Source of the DNA: Treponemataceae bacterium
GTDB taxonomy: Bacteria > Spirochaetota > Spirochaetia > Treponematales > Rectinemataceae
Assembly (NCBI GenBank): GCA_963678065.2
Contig: CAXXVZ010000005.1
Span: 224,001-288,000, forward strand
Length of the DNA: 64,000 nt
Direction of reading: 5' to 3'
Of the stretch, positions 49,850-59,759 are shown one piece after another. The position numbers and the translations under genes were made by a program. Numbering within the stretch: the stretch's first letter is position 1; each line of letters opens with the position of its first letter. A model generated the notes under the pieces. It was not told the DNA's origin, made no database searches, and saw only the letters and a list, made by a program, of their open reading frames with translations.

Positions 49850-50293
49850 ATGGTGAGGGTTTTCTACGCTTCCGTTACGGGCAACACGAGGAAGGTCGCC
49901 GACGCCATCGCGTCGGCGGTCGGGACGAAAGCGGAATCCATCGGATCTGCTGAGGCGCCCGTCGAGGCAGACTTGCTCTTCCTCGGCGCCGCCGTGTACA
50001 CGACCAGCGATCATGACATCAAGCCGGAGATGCGGCGCTTCATAGAGGGACTCGATCCGCGACGGATCGGGAGAGCGGCCGTCTTTTGCACCGGCTTCGA
50101 GGACAGGGCGAGGCCGATACTCCGCGATCTCCTCACAAAAAAGGGCATTCCGGTCGCCGCGGAATCCTTCTTCTGCAAAGGCAAGTTCCTCCTCTTCAAC
50201 CTCGGCCATCCGGGCAGCGCAGATCTCGAAGACGCAGGTCATTTCGCGCGGAAGATCTCGGGCGCGGCGAGTTCGAAGAAGGGAGAGCGATAA
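49850..50293 (+). CDS. Flavodoxin-like protein
   Basis: FYASVTGNTRKVADAIA, LFLG, AVFCT, HP...DL..A..FA. Confidence 0.8.
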   Translation: MVRVFYASVTGNTRKVADAIASAVGTKAESIGSAEAPVEADLLFLGAAVYTTSDHDIKPEMRRFIEGLDPRRIGRAAVFCTGFEDRARPILRDLLTKKGIPVAAESFFCKGKFLLFNLGHPGSADLEDAGHFARKISGAASSKKGER

Positions 50294-50299
50294 GGCGAC

Positions 50300-51112
50300 T
50301 CAATCGCGCAGATAGAGGGCCGCGCCGAGGGCGGTCGCGTGTTCGGCGTATTCCGGCACGACGAATCTGACACCGTAGACGGGATAGAGCGAATCGAGGA
50401 CCGTCTTGGCCATGGGGATACGCATGGTGTTGCCGACGACGACGATGGTTTCGTCCTTTTCCGCCCGCGCGGCGAAAATCGCGAGCACGCCGACAGTCTG
50501 AAACACGAGGTTGACGATGCCCGCGGCAAAATCCTCTGGCTCCGGGCGGTCGGCCATGCGGCCGAAATTGGATGCCGTGGCGTTGCTCGGCAGATTCCCG
50601 ACCGCGAGCTTGGCGATGTCGCCTATCGTCAGATCGACATTTTCCACCCTTCCTCTTCCCGCGACTTCGGCCAGGGTGTCGAAGTCCGTGATGCCCGCGA
50701 GGGCCTTCCCGAGGCCGAGGACAGTCCCTCCGCCGACGCCTGAGCCGCCGACGTGGCGCGCCTCGCGCCCGGAGGCGTGGACGAGGGCCGTTCCGGTGCC
50801 CACCGACACGACGAGGGCGCGCTCGGTTCCCGAAAGGTGGAGACCCCCGAGGCCGATGGCGTTGAACTCGTCGACCTGGACCGCCTCTATGCCGAGAATG
50901 TCTGAGTCGAGAAACGACGAGCCGACGCCCGTCACGGCGAGCTTCTCGATGTCCGTGATTTTCTTGCCGGCGACAGAGAGGAATTTGCCGATGGCTCCCG
51001 CGGCCGAGGCCACGGGGTCCGAGGCCTTCACCGTCGTCTTGATCCACTCGCCCGAGTCGCTCTGCCCGACGATCTTGGTCGTCGTACCGCCGATATCGAT
51101 GCCGACTATCAT
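50300..51112 (-). CDS. Type II pantothenate kinase (CoaW-like)
   Basis: GIDIGGTTTK, TGVG, VDEF, SVGTGT, GGSGVGGGT..GL, VDLTIGDI, ASNFG. Confidence 0.8.
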   Translation of the reverse strand: MIVGIDIGGTTTKIVGQSDSGEWIKTTVKASDPVASAAGAIGKFLSVAGKKITDIEKLAVTGVGSSFLDSDILGIEAVQVDEFNAIGLGGLHLSGTERALVVSVGTGTALVHASGREARHVGGSGVGGGTVLGLGKALAGITDFDTLAEVAGRGRVENVDLTIGDIAKLAVGNLPSNATASNFGRMADRPEPEDFAAGIVNLVFQTVGVLAIFAARAEKDETIVVVGNTMRIPMAKTVLDSLYPVYGVRFVVPEYAEHATALGAALYLRD

Positions 51113-51119
51113 GGCCGCC

Positions 51120-51965
51120 TCACTTGAGTCCCAGCCGCCCGCGGGCGAAGGCCTCGAGGACGGGCCGGAGGGCGGGATCGGCCGCGGCGTTCCGGAGAAT
51201 GGCTTCCAGATACCCGGCGGGATCGCCCGTGTCGAGCCTCTCGCCGGAAACGCGCCTGAAGGCGACCTGGCCGCGCTCGATGAGGCGGTCGAGGGCGTAG
51301 GTGTGGAAGTATTCTCCGCCCGAGTGCTTCGCCCAGCCTTCCTCGACGAGGTCGAAGAACTCGGGCGTGTAGAGGTAGCGGCCGATCGAGACTTCGTGGC
51401 TGGGCTCTGTCCCCGGAGCCGGCTTCTCGACGAAGCCTTTCACGCCGACGCCGTCGGCTTCCGGGTCGACGATGCCGTAGCGCGACACGTCGCCGGGCTC
51501 GTAGATGGTCGCGAGGACGGATTTCCCCGTCGATTCGTACAGGTCCATGAGCTGGCGCGCGAGGGGCACTTCGCCAATGTGGAGATCGTCGGGGTAGGCG
51601 ACGACGCAGGGCTCGCCGCCGACAAGGCCCTTCACCTGGAGGAGGGCGTGTCCTGTGCCGCGCATCTCGGTCTGCCTGACGAAGGCTATTCGCGCGGCGG
51701 GCGGGGCGATGGCTGCCAGCTTGTCGGCCCGGCCTTCGCGGCGGAAAATCTCCTCGAGCTCGATCTCGCGGTCGAAGTAGTCCTCGAGGGCCTTCTTGCG
51801 ACGCGAGCTGATTATGATGATATCCCGGATTCCGGAACTGACGAACTCGTCCACGATAAAAGCGATGGACGGCCTCGTTCCGACGGGCAGAAGTTCCTTG
51901 GCAACGGTTTTGGTGACGGGCAGGAAACGGGTCCCGTATCCCGCCGCGACGATTACGCCTTTCAT
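51120..51965 (-). CDS. galU: UTP-glucose-1-phosphate uridylyltransferase
   Basis: GVIVAAGYGTRFLPVTKTVAKELLP, RQ....GTGHA, FVEKP, GRYL, DTG. Confidence 0.88.
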   Translation of the reverse strand: MKGVIVAAGYGTRFLPVTKTVAKELLPVGTRPSIAFIVDEFVSSGIRDIIIISSRRKKALEDYFDREIELEEIFRREGRADKLAAIAPPAARIAFVRQTEMRGTGHALLQVKGLVGGEPCVVAYPDDLHIGEVPLARQLMDLYESTGKSVLATIYEPGDVSRYGIVDPEADGVGVKGFVEKPAPGTEPSHEVSIGRYLYTPEFFDLVEEGWAKHSGGEYFHTYALDRLIERGQVAFRRVSGERLDTGDPAGYLEAILRNAAADPALRPVLEAFARGRLGLK

Positions 51966-52379
51966 GGAACGCATCTTAACTCGCGTCCGCCGTTTCGGGC
52001 AAGACTCGCCGGGACACCTACCGTGATACCCGGCCCGGCGGCATTGACGGCGGGAAGGAACCGCGATATATAAATAAACGATACAACCGCAAAAAGGAGC
52101 CCCAGGCACAATGATGAACATCGACAACACCGCCCGGTCCGATTCTTCCCGTTCCATCTGAGAGGCCGAAGGCATACACCCATCCGCGTCGAGGGGCAGT
52201 CCTTCCGGGCTCCCCCGACCCATTCCCGGACTTGAAGCCTTCCGGAAAATACCCGCTCAGTCACCCCTTGCCTCGCGTCAGGCGGGGAATCCGCGCATAC
52301 GCGGAGATACCGCAGTTGCCTGGACCTTCCGCAGCGATACGGAGAGTCCACGGCCTTGCGGACAGGATACACGACCACT

Positions 52380-53828
52380 ATGAATTTCATTCTATCGCCG
52401 CTGCGCCGCTACTTCGGCGCCTACCGGGGCCTTCCCGGTCCCATGTACACCCTCTTCGCGGCCAGCGTCGTCAACGCCGTTGGCATCTTCGTGTTCCCAT
52501 TTCTCACCCTTTACTTGACCGCGAGGCTGGGGATGACGACCGCCCAGGCGGGGACAGTCCTCCTCATGACCTCCCTCGCCTACGTTCCCGGCAACTTCAT
52601 CGGGGGCAAGATAGCGGACAAGCTCGGCCGCAAGAAAGTCATGATCGTCTCGCAGATTCTGTCCGCCCTCATGTACATTCCCTGCGGCTTCCCCTCGCTC
52701 GGCAGGGCCGTGCCCTGGCTCGTCGTCGCGAGCGTCTTCTTCGACGGCATCAGCGACCCGGCGCGATCGGCCATGATGACCGACCTCACGACGCCCGAAA
52801 ACCGCCGTTCCGCCTTTTCCCTCACCTATCTCGGCCACAACCTCGGATTCGCCGTCGGCTCCCTCATCGCGGGATTCCTCTTCGAGGCCGCGCCCTCGTG
52901 GATCTTCTGGGGCAACGCCATCGCTGTCGGCATCGCGACGAGCCTCGTCGCCATCAAGGTTCCCGAGACGAAGCCCACGGCCGAGCAGATCGAGGAAAGT
53001 TACTCCGCCGACTCGACAGAGAAGGGCCACCGAGGCAACCTCTTCTCGGCCCTCGCCTCGAGGCCCTATCTTCTGGCCTTCTCGCTGCTGACGAGCGCCT
53101 ACGGATTCGCCTACGCCCAGCACCGGTTCGCCCTGCCCCTCCAGCTCAAGGCGACATTCGGTCTGCCCGGGCCGGCCATCTTCGGGAGCCTCATGACCCT
53201 GAACGGCTGCCTCGTCATCCTTCTCTCGACCCCGATCATGGCCCTCACGAAAAAATGGAAGCCCGTGAACGCGGTCGCGCTGGCCGGCCTCCTCTTCGGC
53301 GCCGGATTCGGCATGGTCGCCTTCTCGCGCAGCGTCCTTTTCGTCTACATCTCGACTTTCATCTGGACCCTCGGCGAGATCTTCAACGCGACGAACGAGG
53401 GCAGCTACATGGCCAACCATACGCCGATTTCCCACCGCGGGCGCTTCCAGGCCGTCCTGCCCTTCATCCAGGGTATGGGCTTCACGCTGAGCCCGCCCGT
53501 GGCGGGAAAGCTGATTTCCTGGAGAGGCCTCGACTGGGTGTGGGGGCTCGTGGGAGTCGTTTCCGTCTTCGCCGCGGCAGGTCTCTGGATTCTCGGCAAG
53601 GTTGAAGAAGGCGCGCAGAGGAGGAAGGCCGCCAGCGGCACTATCAGAGCTGCTACCGGAGACGCGGCCGGCGGTGCCATCAGAGTTTCCGCCGCAGACG
53701 TGGCCGGCGATGTCGTCAGAGCTGCCGCCGGAAACGCGACAGGGGCCGCCCTCCCAGGAGAAACATACGGGACGGCACTTGACGGAAACCCGTTAAAGGT
53801 TTATAGCGAAAATTCGGAATGTGAATGA
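52380..53828 (+). CDS. MFS transporter with a repetitive C-terminal tail
   Basis: FVFPFLTLYL, GGKIADKLGRK motif A, about 12 TM segments. Confidence 0.9.
   Translation: MNFILSPLRRYFGAYRGLPGPMYTLFAASVVNAVGIFVFPFLTLYLTARLGMTTAQAGTVLLMTSLAYVPGNFIGGKIADKLGRKKVMIVSQILSALMYIPCGFPSLGRAVPWLVVASVFFDGISDPARSAMMTDLTTPENRRSAFSLTYLGHNLGFAVGSLIAGFLFEAAPSWIFWGNAIAVGIATSLVAIKVPETKPTAEQIEESYSADSTEKGHRGNLFSALASRPYLLAFSLLTSAYGFAYAQHRFALPLQLKATFGLPGPAIFGSLMTLNGCLVILLSTPIMALTKKWKPVNAVALAGLLFGAGFGMVAFSRSVLFVYISTFIWTLGEIFNATNEGSYMANHTPISHRGRFQAVLPFIQGMGFTLSPPVAGKLISWRGLDWVWGLVGVVSVFAAAGLWILGKVEEGAQRRKAASGTIRAATGDAAGGAIRVSAADVAGDVVRAAAGNATGAALPGETYGTALDGNPLKVYSENSECE
53643..53750 (+). repeat. Three imperfect 36-bp tandem repeats inside the MFS tail
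   Basis: IRAATGDAAGGA / IRVSAADVAGDV / VRAAAGNATGAA; each unit starts (A/G)TCAGAG. Confidence 0.8.
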
Positions 53829-53912
53829 TTTATCAGAGAGAGCAGAGACGATCCGCGCCGCTCAGGATCGCGGCGCCGCGGACCTGGCGTCCGGGCACGA
53901 AAAAAGAGCCTT

Positions 53913-53987
53913 TGGTGGGCGATATTGGATTTGAACCAATGACTTCTACCGTGTGAAGGTAGCACTCTCCCACTGAGTTAATCGCCC
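53913..53987 (-). tRNA. tRNA-Val(CAC)
   Basis: GGGCGATTAACTCAGTGGGAGAGTGCTACCTT-CAC-ACGGTAGAAGTCATTGGTTCAAATCCAATATCGCCCACCA; cloverleaf with encoded CCA. Confidence 0.97.
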
Positions 53988-54020
53988 ACCAAAGGCTCTC
54001 CGGGTTTCGATGCGGGGATG

Positions 54021-54049
54021 ATCCTATCATCCTGACAAATCGGTGTCAA
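54021..54049 (-). promoter_or_regulatory. tRNA-Val promoter
   Basis: TTGACA-17 bp-TAGGAT with TG extension on the minus strand. Confidence 0.75.
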
Positions 54050-54113
54050 GGACCGACACTTTGACAGCTCTTTGATCCTTCCGGCGGATCGGGGCACAAG
54101 GCAGGAACTTTCG

Positions 54114-54752
54114 ATGCACATGCGCATGGATAGAAGAGAATCCGGAATCGTATATCGGAAAGCCCGACAGCGCCCATCCGCCGAAGTTCTCAGGATGGAG
54201 CTCCTCCGGAAAAGCATACACCTCCTCGTCGTCCTCGTGCCCTCCATGGCTGCGCTGGATCGCGACGTCACGATAGCCATCCTGGGAGCTGGAGTCGTTT
54301 CCTACGTCCTCTTCGAGTCCCTCAGACAGAGCGGCCGTGAAGTGCCGCTCGTATCCCGGCTGACCGTCCTCTCGGCCCGCAAGCGCGACGAGGGGAAGTT
54401 CATCATGGGCCCCGTGACTCTCGGGACAGGGGCCCTCCTCTCGATCCTCCTGTTCCCGCCTCAGGCGGCCGCCGTGGCCATCTACGCCCTCGGTTTCGGG
54501 GACGGACTTTCGAGCCTGGTCGGACGCTTTTTCGGGGGAACCGAGTTGCCGCTGACCCGGGGCAAATCGCTCGAGGGCTCCTTCACCTGTTTCGTCGCCG
54601 TGTTCGCATCGGCGATCGCCGTGACCGGCAAACCCCTGTCATGCCTTCCGGTGGCTGTGATCGCGACTATCGTGGAGGCGATTCCGGCAAAAGACTACGA
54701 CAACATCGTCCTTCCTCTCGCCACAGGGCTCGTCGCCCTCATCTTTCTCTGA
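54114..54752 (+). CDS. Polyprenol/phytol kinase-like membrane protein (CTP_transf_1 superfamily)
   Basis: ELLRKSIH, GDGLSSLVG, KSLEGS, DN..LP. Start approximate. Confidence 0.85.
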   Translation: MHMRMDRRESGIVYRKARQRPSAEVLRMELLRKSIHLLVVLVPSMAALDRDVTIAILGAGVVSYVLFESLRQSGREVPLVSRLTVLSARKRDEGKFIMGPVTLGTGALLSILLFPPQAAAVAIYALGFGDGLSSLVGRFFGGTELPLTRGKSLEGSFTCFVAVFASAIAVTGKPLSCLPVAVIATIVEAIPAKDYDNIVLPLATGLVALIFL

Positions 54753-54789
54753 AAGGGGCCGGACGCCGGGAGCGGAACAGGCCCCGGGC

Positions 54790-55617
54790 TCACTGCCAGA
54801 GATAGTACTCGTGCAGGCGGGAGACGAAGAGCCATGAGCCGGCGCAGGCCAGAATGAACCCCGCGCCCAGGAGCCAGGGATTCCACGAGGCGGAGAGCAG
54901 CCGCGCGCCCGCGATGGAAGCCGCGCAGGCGAGGGCGATGAGCCCGAATGTTTTTTCTCCCCTCACGTGGACGGCCCCGAGGTAGTTCAGGACGGACATC
55001 AGTCCGAGGAGATAGAAAAACCACTCATTGAGGGAGCGGTAGCCCGGCTTGAGTTCGAGGGTGTGCAGGTAGGTCCCGGTGTTCAGCGGCATGATCACGG
55101 CGAGTCCGATGGACGCGGCCAGGATGATCAGGATGTTCGCGCCGTGCTTCTCGTTCCGGAGACCGGCGGCGTAGACCCCGGACATGAAGACGGAGAGGGA
55201 GCCAGCGTAGCGGGCGCCGAAGAGGACTTTTGTGAGCGCGAGCTGGAGGGAGTCGGGGTAGCCGCGCGCCGCCATGACATAGACAGCCAGCCTGAGTATC
55301 TCGAAGGACAGAGAGGCGATCCAGAACGAGAAAAAGAATATCTCGGCCGAAACAGTCTTCCGGAACGAGGCCAGGATGAAACTCAGGGTTAGGACGGATA
55401 CGAGGGCGGGGAGTCCGGCGCCGATCGCCGCGAGCGTGTAAGAGGGAATGGCACCCGCTCCGATCCTGAAAAGGCCGTACGCATCCGAGCGCAGGAGAAA
55501 ATCCGGCATGACCGGCTTTTTGAGTATGCCGAGCGACAGAAGACAGTAGGCCGCGAAGAGCACGGAGGAGACGAGAAAGAGGCTCCAGTAGGTTTTTCGC
55601 CGCGCCGAGATGGTCAT
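54790..55617 (-). CDS. Multi-TM hypothetical membrane protein
   Basis: About 8 hydrophobic segments; host-like codon usage. Confidence 0.75.
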   Translation of the reverse strand: MTISARRKTYWSLFLVSSVLFAAYCLLSLGILKKPVMPDFLLRSDAYGLFRIGAGAIPSYTLAAIGAGLPALVSVLTLSFILASFRKTVSAEIFFFSFWIASLSFEILRLAVYVMAARGYPDSLQLALTKVLFGARYAGSLSVFMSGVYAAGLRNEKHGANILIILAASIGLAVIMPLNTGTYLHTLELKPGYRSLNEWFFYLLGLMSVLNYLGAVHVRGEKTFGLIALACAASIAGARLLSASWNPWLLGAGFILACAGSWLFVSRLHEYYLWQ

Positions 55618-55733
55618 GGAGGCAAGCATACCTCGACTTGCCTGTCGCGGGCAATTCGGATATAGTTCATTACTCCATAAAACAACCGCCTCCGGACAAC
55701 GCGGAGGCGAATCATCCTGTCAGAGGTAGGAAA

Positions 55734-57200
55734 ATGGCCGAAAAGATCACCAGCCGCGAAACCGACTACTCGCAGTGGTACATCGACATAGTTCTCAAGG
55801 CGAAACTGGCCGATTATTCACCGGTCAAGGGCTGCATGGTGATCCGACCCCGCGGCTACGCGATCTGGGAGCGCATCCAGGCGGAGTTCGACAAGCGTTT
55901 CAAGGAAACCGGGCACCAGAACGCATACTTCCCCCTCCTCATCCCCATGAGCTTCCTCAAGAAGGAAGCCGAACACGTCGAGGGCTTCGCCCCCGAGCTC
56001 GCTGTCGTCACTCACGGCGGCGGCGAGGAGCTCGACGAGCCCTACTGCATCCGCCCCACGAGCGAGACCATCATCTGGTCGATGTACAAGAACTGGGTCC
56101 AGTCCTGGCGCGACCTTCCCCTCCTCATCAACCAGTGGGCCAACGTCATGCGCTGGGAGAAGCGCACGCGCCTCTTCCTTCGAACCGCGGAATTCCTCTG
56201 GCAGGAAGGCCACACGGCCCATGAGACCGAGAAGGAGGCCGTCGACGAAACCCTGAAGATGCTCGAGGTCTACCGCTCGGTGGCGGAAAACCACCTCTGC
56301 CTCCCCGTCGTCGCAGGCATCAAGAGCGATTCCGAGAAGTTCGCGGGCGCCGTCCGCACCTACTCCATCGAGGCCATGATGCAGGACAAGAAGGCCCTGC
56401 AGGCCGGCACAAGCCACTTCCTCGGCCAGAACTTCGCCAAGGCCTTCGATGTGACCTTCCAGACTCGCGAAGGCAAGCTCGACCACGTCTGGGCGACGAG
56501 CTGGGGCGTGTCCACCCGCCTCGTGGGCGCCGTCATCATGACTCACTCCGACGACAAGGGCCTCGTCCTGCCCCCGAGCCTCTCGCCCGAGGAAGTCGTC
56601 ATCGTCCCCATCTACAAGAATGACACCAAGGCAGCTGTACTCGCCTACGGCGACGGCCTCGTGGCCAGGCTCAAGGAAGCCGGCATCCGCGTCGCCTTCG
56701 ACACCGACGACTCCTCCTCGCCCGGCTGGAAGTTCGCCGAGTGGGAGATGAAGGGCACGCCCCTTCGCATCGAGATGGGTCCCCGCGACATCGCCGAGAA
56801 CAAGGTCATCATGGCCAGGCGCGACACCGGCGAGAAGATCGTCGTCCCCGCGGCCGAAGTTCCCGCAAAGGCGCGCGAACTCCTCGACGCCATTCAGACG
56901 AACCTTCGCGAGCGCGCACGGGCCTACCGCGACGCGAACACGAAACCCATCGCCGATATGGAAGGCATGAAGGCATTCTTCGGCCTCGCAGCTGAGGAAG
57001 CCGCCGGAGCGAGCGCCTCCAAGGGCGGATTCGCCGAAGCCCTCTGGTGCGGTTCTCCCGAGTGCGAGGCCGCGCTCAAGAAAGACACTAAGGCCACACT
57101 GCGCAACATGCCCCTCGACCGTCAGGAAAATATCGAGGGATGCTGTGCGCTCTGCGGAGCCCCCGCGAAGCACAGGGCGATTTTCGCCAGGAATTACTGA
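55734..57200 (+). CDS. proS: Proline-tRNA ligase (eukaryote/archaea type)
   Basis: [54 protein letters not shown]; no INS domain; ends ARNY. Confidence 0.97.
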   Translation: MAEKITSRETDYSQWYIDIVLKAKLADYSPVKGCMVIRPRGYAIWERIQAEFDKRFKETGHQNAYFPLLIPMSFLKKEAEHVEGFAPELAVVTHGGGEELDEPYCIRPTSETIIWSMYKNWVQSWRDLPLLINQWANVMRWEKRTRLFLRTAEFLWQEGHTAHETEKEAVDETLKMLEVYRSVAENHLCLPVVAGIKSDSEKFAGAVRTYSIEAMMQDKKALQAGTSHFLGQNFAKAFDVTFQTREGKLDHVWATSWGVSTRLVGAVIMTHSDDKGLVLPPSLSPEEVVIVPIYKNDTKAAVLAYGDGLVARLKEAGIRVAFDTDDSSSPGWKFAEWEMKGTPLRIEMGPRDIAENKVIMARRDTGEKIVVPAAEVPAKARELLDAIQTNLRERARAYRDANTKPIADMEGMKAFFGLAAEEAAGASASKGGFAEALWCGSPECEAALKKDTKATLRNMPLDRQENIEGCCALCGAPAKHRAIFARNY

Positions 57201-57221
57201 GCTTTCAACAATTCAAAAGGG

Positions 57222-57264
57222 AAAGGCCCCGGCTTGACTGATGCCGGGGCCTTTTCTTTTTTTT
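57222..57264 (+). terminator. Intrinsic terminator of proS
   Basis: AAAGGCCCCGGC-9-GCCGGGGCCTTT followed by a long T-run. Confidence 0.9.
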
Positions 57265-57283
57265 CGGGATCCCCCGGCGCCGA

Positions 57284-57652
57284 TCAGGGCGACCAGGAAA
57301 CAGTCTCCGGCGAGGCGCCCCAGAGGTCATCGAGATAGAGCCTGACATCGTTCTGGATGCCGGGCTCCAGGGTATACTGGGCCTGAGCGATGTAGGAAGA
57401 TCCTGACTCGCCGGGCTTGGCGAAACGTCCAAGCGCGAACCCCGCGCACAGCGCGAGGCAGGCCGCGGCCGCGTAGGGGAGGATGCGAGCGATCCGGCTC
57501 CGGACACTGGAGGGATGGCGCAAGATCCGGCCGGGCGCATCCTTGCGGAGAATTCCGTAGACCTTCTCGAAATCCGGACGGGGAGCCGCGACCCTCCGGG
57601 CTTCCGCTTCGAGGCGCCGGCCGATTCCGGAACCGCCTTCCTCCTCACGCAT
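57284..57652 (-). CDS. Small single-TM protein, putative anti-sigma factor
   Basis: Overlaps the 3' end of the ECF sigma; central AAAACLALCAGFALG helix. Confidence 0.6.
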   Translation of the reverse strand: MREEEGGSGIGRRLEAEARRVAAPRPDFEKVYGILRKDAPGRILRHPSSVRSRIARILPYAAAACLALCAGFALGRFAKPGESGSSYIAQAQYTLEPGIQNDVRLYLDDLWGASPETVSWSP

Positions 57653-58301
57653 GATCTTCCTCCTTCAGCATATCCGCGAGCCTCGCGCGGATGCGGGACA
57701 AGCGGGACTTCACTGTTCCCTCGGGCAAACTGAAAACGCCCGCGAGTTCGCGCGTTCGGAGGCCTTCCGCGTCCTTGAGGTAGACGAGGGCGCGCTCGTC
57801 TGCCTTCAATCTGGCCATGGCCCGTACGAGGGCATGGTCTGCCTCTTTCCTGAGGAATTCGTCCTCGGGACCGGGAAGGACCATCGCGGCTCCAAAGCCT
57901 CCGGAGGTATCCGCCAGGTCCTTCTCTTCGGGAAGGGGGATGGTCCTCTTCCGTTCGCGGACTGTCCTCCTGATGAGGTCGATCGAAGCGTTGCGGCAGA
58001 TCCGGTAGACGAAGGTTCCGAACGACGAGTCCTCCCTGAATCGAGGCAAGGCCTGATACAGACGCAGGAGGGCGTCCTGGGCGGCGTCCTCCGCCATCCG
58101 CTCGTCGAACCCGACGGCGGCGGCGCAGAATTTGCCGATTCTCGCCCACCAGCGGCGGGCGAGAATCTCGAAGGCCGAGCGGTCGCCCGCGGCGGCAAAG
58201 GAGACGAGCTCGTCGTCAGACGCCGCCTGCCTTGCACATCTGCCTCGGCCGGAAAGACCGGGCTGAAGCCCGGCTCCGGAGACGGGTCCCGTCGAGCCCA
58301 C
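57645..58301 (-). CDS. ECF sigma factor
   Basis: GDRSAFE.L, AEDAAQD, F.TFVYRICRN..ID, GTVKSRLSRIR. Start uncertain (GTG 58301 chosen). Confidence 0.9.
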   Translation of the reverse strand: MGSTGPVSGAGLQPGLSGRGRCARQAASDDELVSFAAAGDRSAFEILARRWWARIGKFCAAAVGFDERMAEDAAQDALLRLYQALPRFREDSSFGTFVYRICRNASIDLIRRTVRERKRTIPLPEEKDLADTSGGFGAAMVLPGPEDEFLRKEADHALVRAMARLKADERALVYLKDAEGLRTRELAGVFSLPEGTVKSRLSRIRARLADMLKEEDHA

Positions 58302-58318
58302 GCCTTCCGCTCCCAGCG

Positions 58319-58837
58319 CTAGTTGAGGCGCCTGAGAAGGAGGAACAGTTTCGTCCACTTGTCGAAGTCCTTGCGGCTGATGCCGTTCCTGTCCATCATC
58401 TGCATCATCATCTGGGGATTGGCGACCTGCCTGAACTCGCGCCAGATCCTGAACATGAGGCTCCAGCGCTCATCGCCCACGATCTGGCGAATGGCGACCT
58501 GCCTTTCGATCTGAGCCATGCGGACCTTGTACTCCCAATCGAGGCTCTCCTTCACGAGGGCTCCGATCTGCTCAGTGGAAGGATCCTTTTCCAGCATGAG
58601 CCGCGCGACTTTGGCCTGGACAACCTGGATCTCCGCCTTGGCTTTGGCGATGGCTTCCTCGCTGGTCTTGAGCACTTCCTCGATTTTGTCGATTTCCGCC
58701 TGCTCCAGCTTGAAATCACGGAGAGCGGAGCCCATGGGGGCCCCTTTTCCGCGCATGCCTTGGGCTCCCGCAACAGAAGTCCCCGCGAAGGCGATGGCCA
58801 GAACCATCGCGACAACAATCATCCTCTTGACTCTCAT
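58319..58837 (-). CDS. Spy/CpxP/ZraP-like periplasmic helical protein
   Basis: Signal peptide, G/M-rich N-terminus, coiled-coil core. Confidence 0.65.
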   Translation of the reverse strand: MRVKRMIVVAMVLAIAFAGTSVAGAQGMRGKGAPMGSALRDFKLEQAEIDKIEEVLKTSEEAIAKAKAEIQVVQAKVARLMLEKDPSTEQIGALVKESLDWEYKVRMAQIERQVAIRQIVGDERWSLMFRIWREFRQVANPQMMMQMMDRNGISRKDFDKWTKLFLLLRRLN

Positions 58838-58901
58838 GGACGACTCCCGAAAACCAGAATCCGGCTTCAGTATGATGCCGTGACAGGGGAACGCACAAGG
58901 T

Positions 58902-58960
58902 TCACGATGGAGTCGCCACGATGGAGTCGCGTCGGCTCCATCGTGGCGATTCCGCCGTGA
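58902..58960. repeat. Intergenic hairpin built from a tandem 14-mer and its inverse
   Basis: CACGATGGAGTCGC x2 followed by CGGCTCCATCGTGGCGATTCCGCCGTGA. Confidence 0.7.
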
Positions 58961-59153
58961 CGGCCCTGTCGCACCGATGCTGTCGAAAGTTTAGTCGAAG
59001 GCCGCGGGCCTTTGGTTCCGTGAAATCCGAAGTTTTTCAAGGCTCATCCGGAGCCCGGGAAGGAAGTGGTCTTCCGCATAGGCTCACTAATGGATTCACC
59101 GCATGGGCTCGCCACATGTTGCGGTGGCGGCTCTCCGGGTGTACGATGCTGAC

Positions 59154-59693
59154 ATGGAATATGCAGTCATAACCGCCGTCGGTCCCGACCGGCGCGGCAT
59201 AATGGACGATCTCGCGGAAAGCGTGACATCCTGCGGCGCGAACATCGAAGAGACGAAGGCCTCCATCCTCGGAGGAGAGTTCGCCGTCATCATGCTGGTC
59301 TCCGGCCCCGCCGAGGCGGTGGAAAAGCTCCGGGCGACAATGCCGGCCGAGTTCGCGGACAAGGCCCTCGCCGTTTCGGTGCGGCTGACGGACGGCCCCG
59401 TCCGCCCCCGCGGGCTGCCCTACATGATCGAGTCCGTCTCTCTCGACACGCCCGGAATCGTGCGCGCCGTCACGGGAGTCCTGCGGGTCCACGGGATCAA
59501 CATCGAGGAGCTCGAATCGGTGGCGGAGGCCGCCCCTCTCTCCGGGACCCCGCTTTTCAGAATGCGCATCCGCATCAACATCACCCCCGGCGCGCGCCTC
59601 ACCGCGCTCAGGGAGGATCTCGCAAAAAAAGCCGAGGAACACGATCTCGACATCTCCGTGAAGCCCTGCCTGCAGAGTGTACCGGAAGCCTGA
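59154..59693 (+). CDS. GcvR-like double-ACT-domain protein
   Basis: VITAVGPDRRGI, GANIEE, LGGEFA..ML, DTPGIV, INIEEL, GTPLF.M. Confidence 0.85.
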   Translation: MEYAVITAVGPDRRGIMDDLAESVTSCGANIEETKASILGGEFAVIMLVSGPAEAVEKLRATMPAEFADKALAVSVRLTDGPVRPRGLPYMIESVSLDTPGIVRAVTGVLRVHGINIEELESVAEAAPLSGTPLFRMRIRINITPGARLTALREDLAKKAEEHDLDISVKPCLQSVPEA

Positions 59694-59759
59694 CCGCCGA
59701 CAGAAACGCAGCCGCAGGCCCTGCCGGGGTCTGCGGCTTTCGCATCCCTCAAGGAAATC

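Noticed and set aside
53913..53987. tRNA as an island integration site
   Set aside because: No direct repeat of its 3' end was noticed, there is no integrase, and the flanking genes look native.
55630..55733. T-box upstream of proS
   Set aside because: The divergent spacer is only about 100 bp and has no T-box motif.
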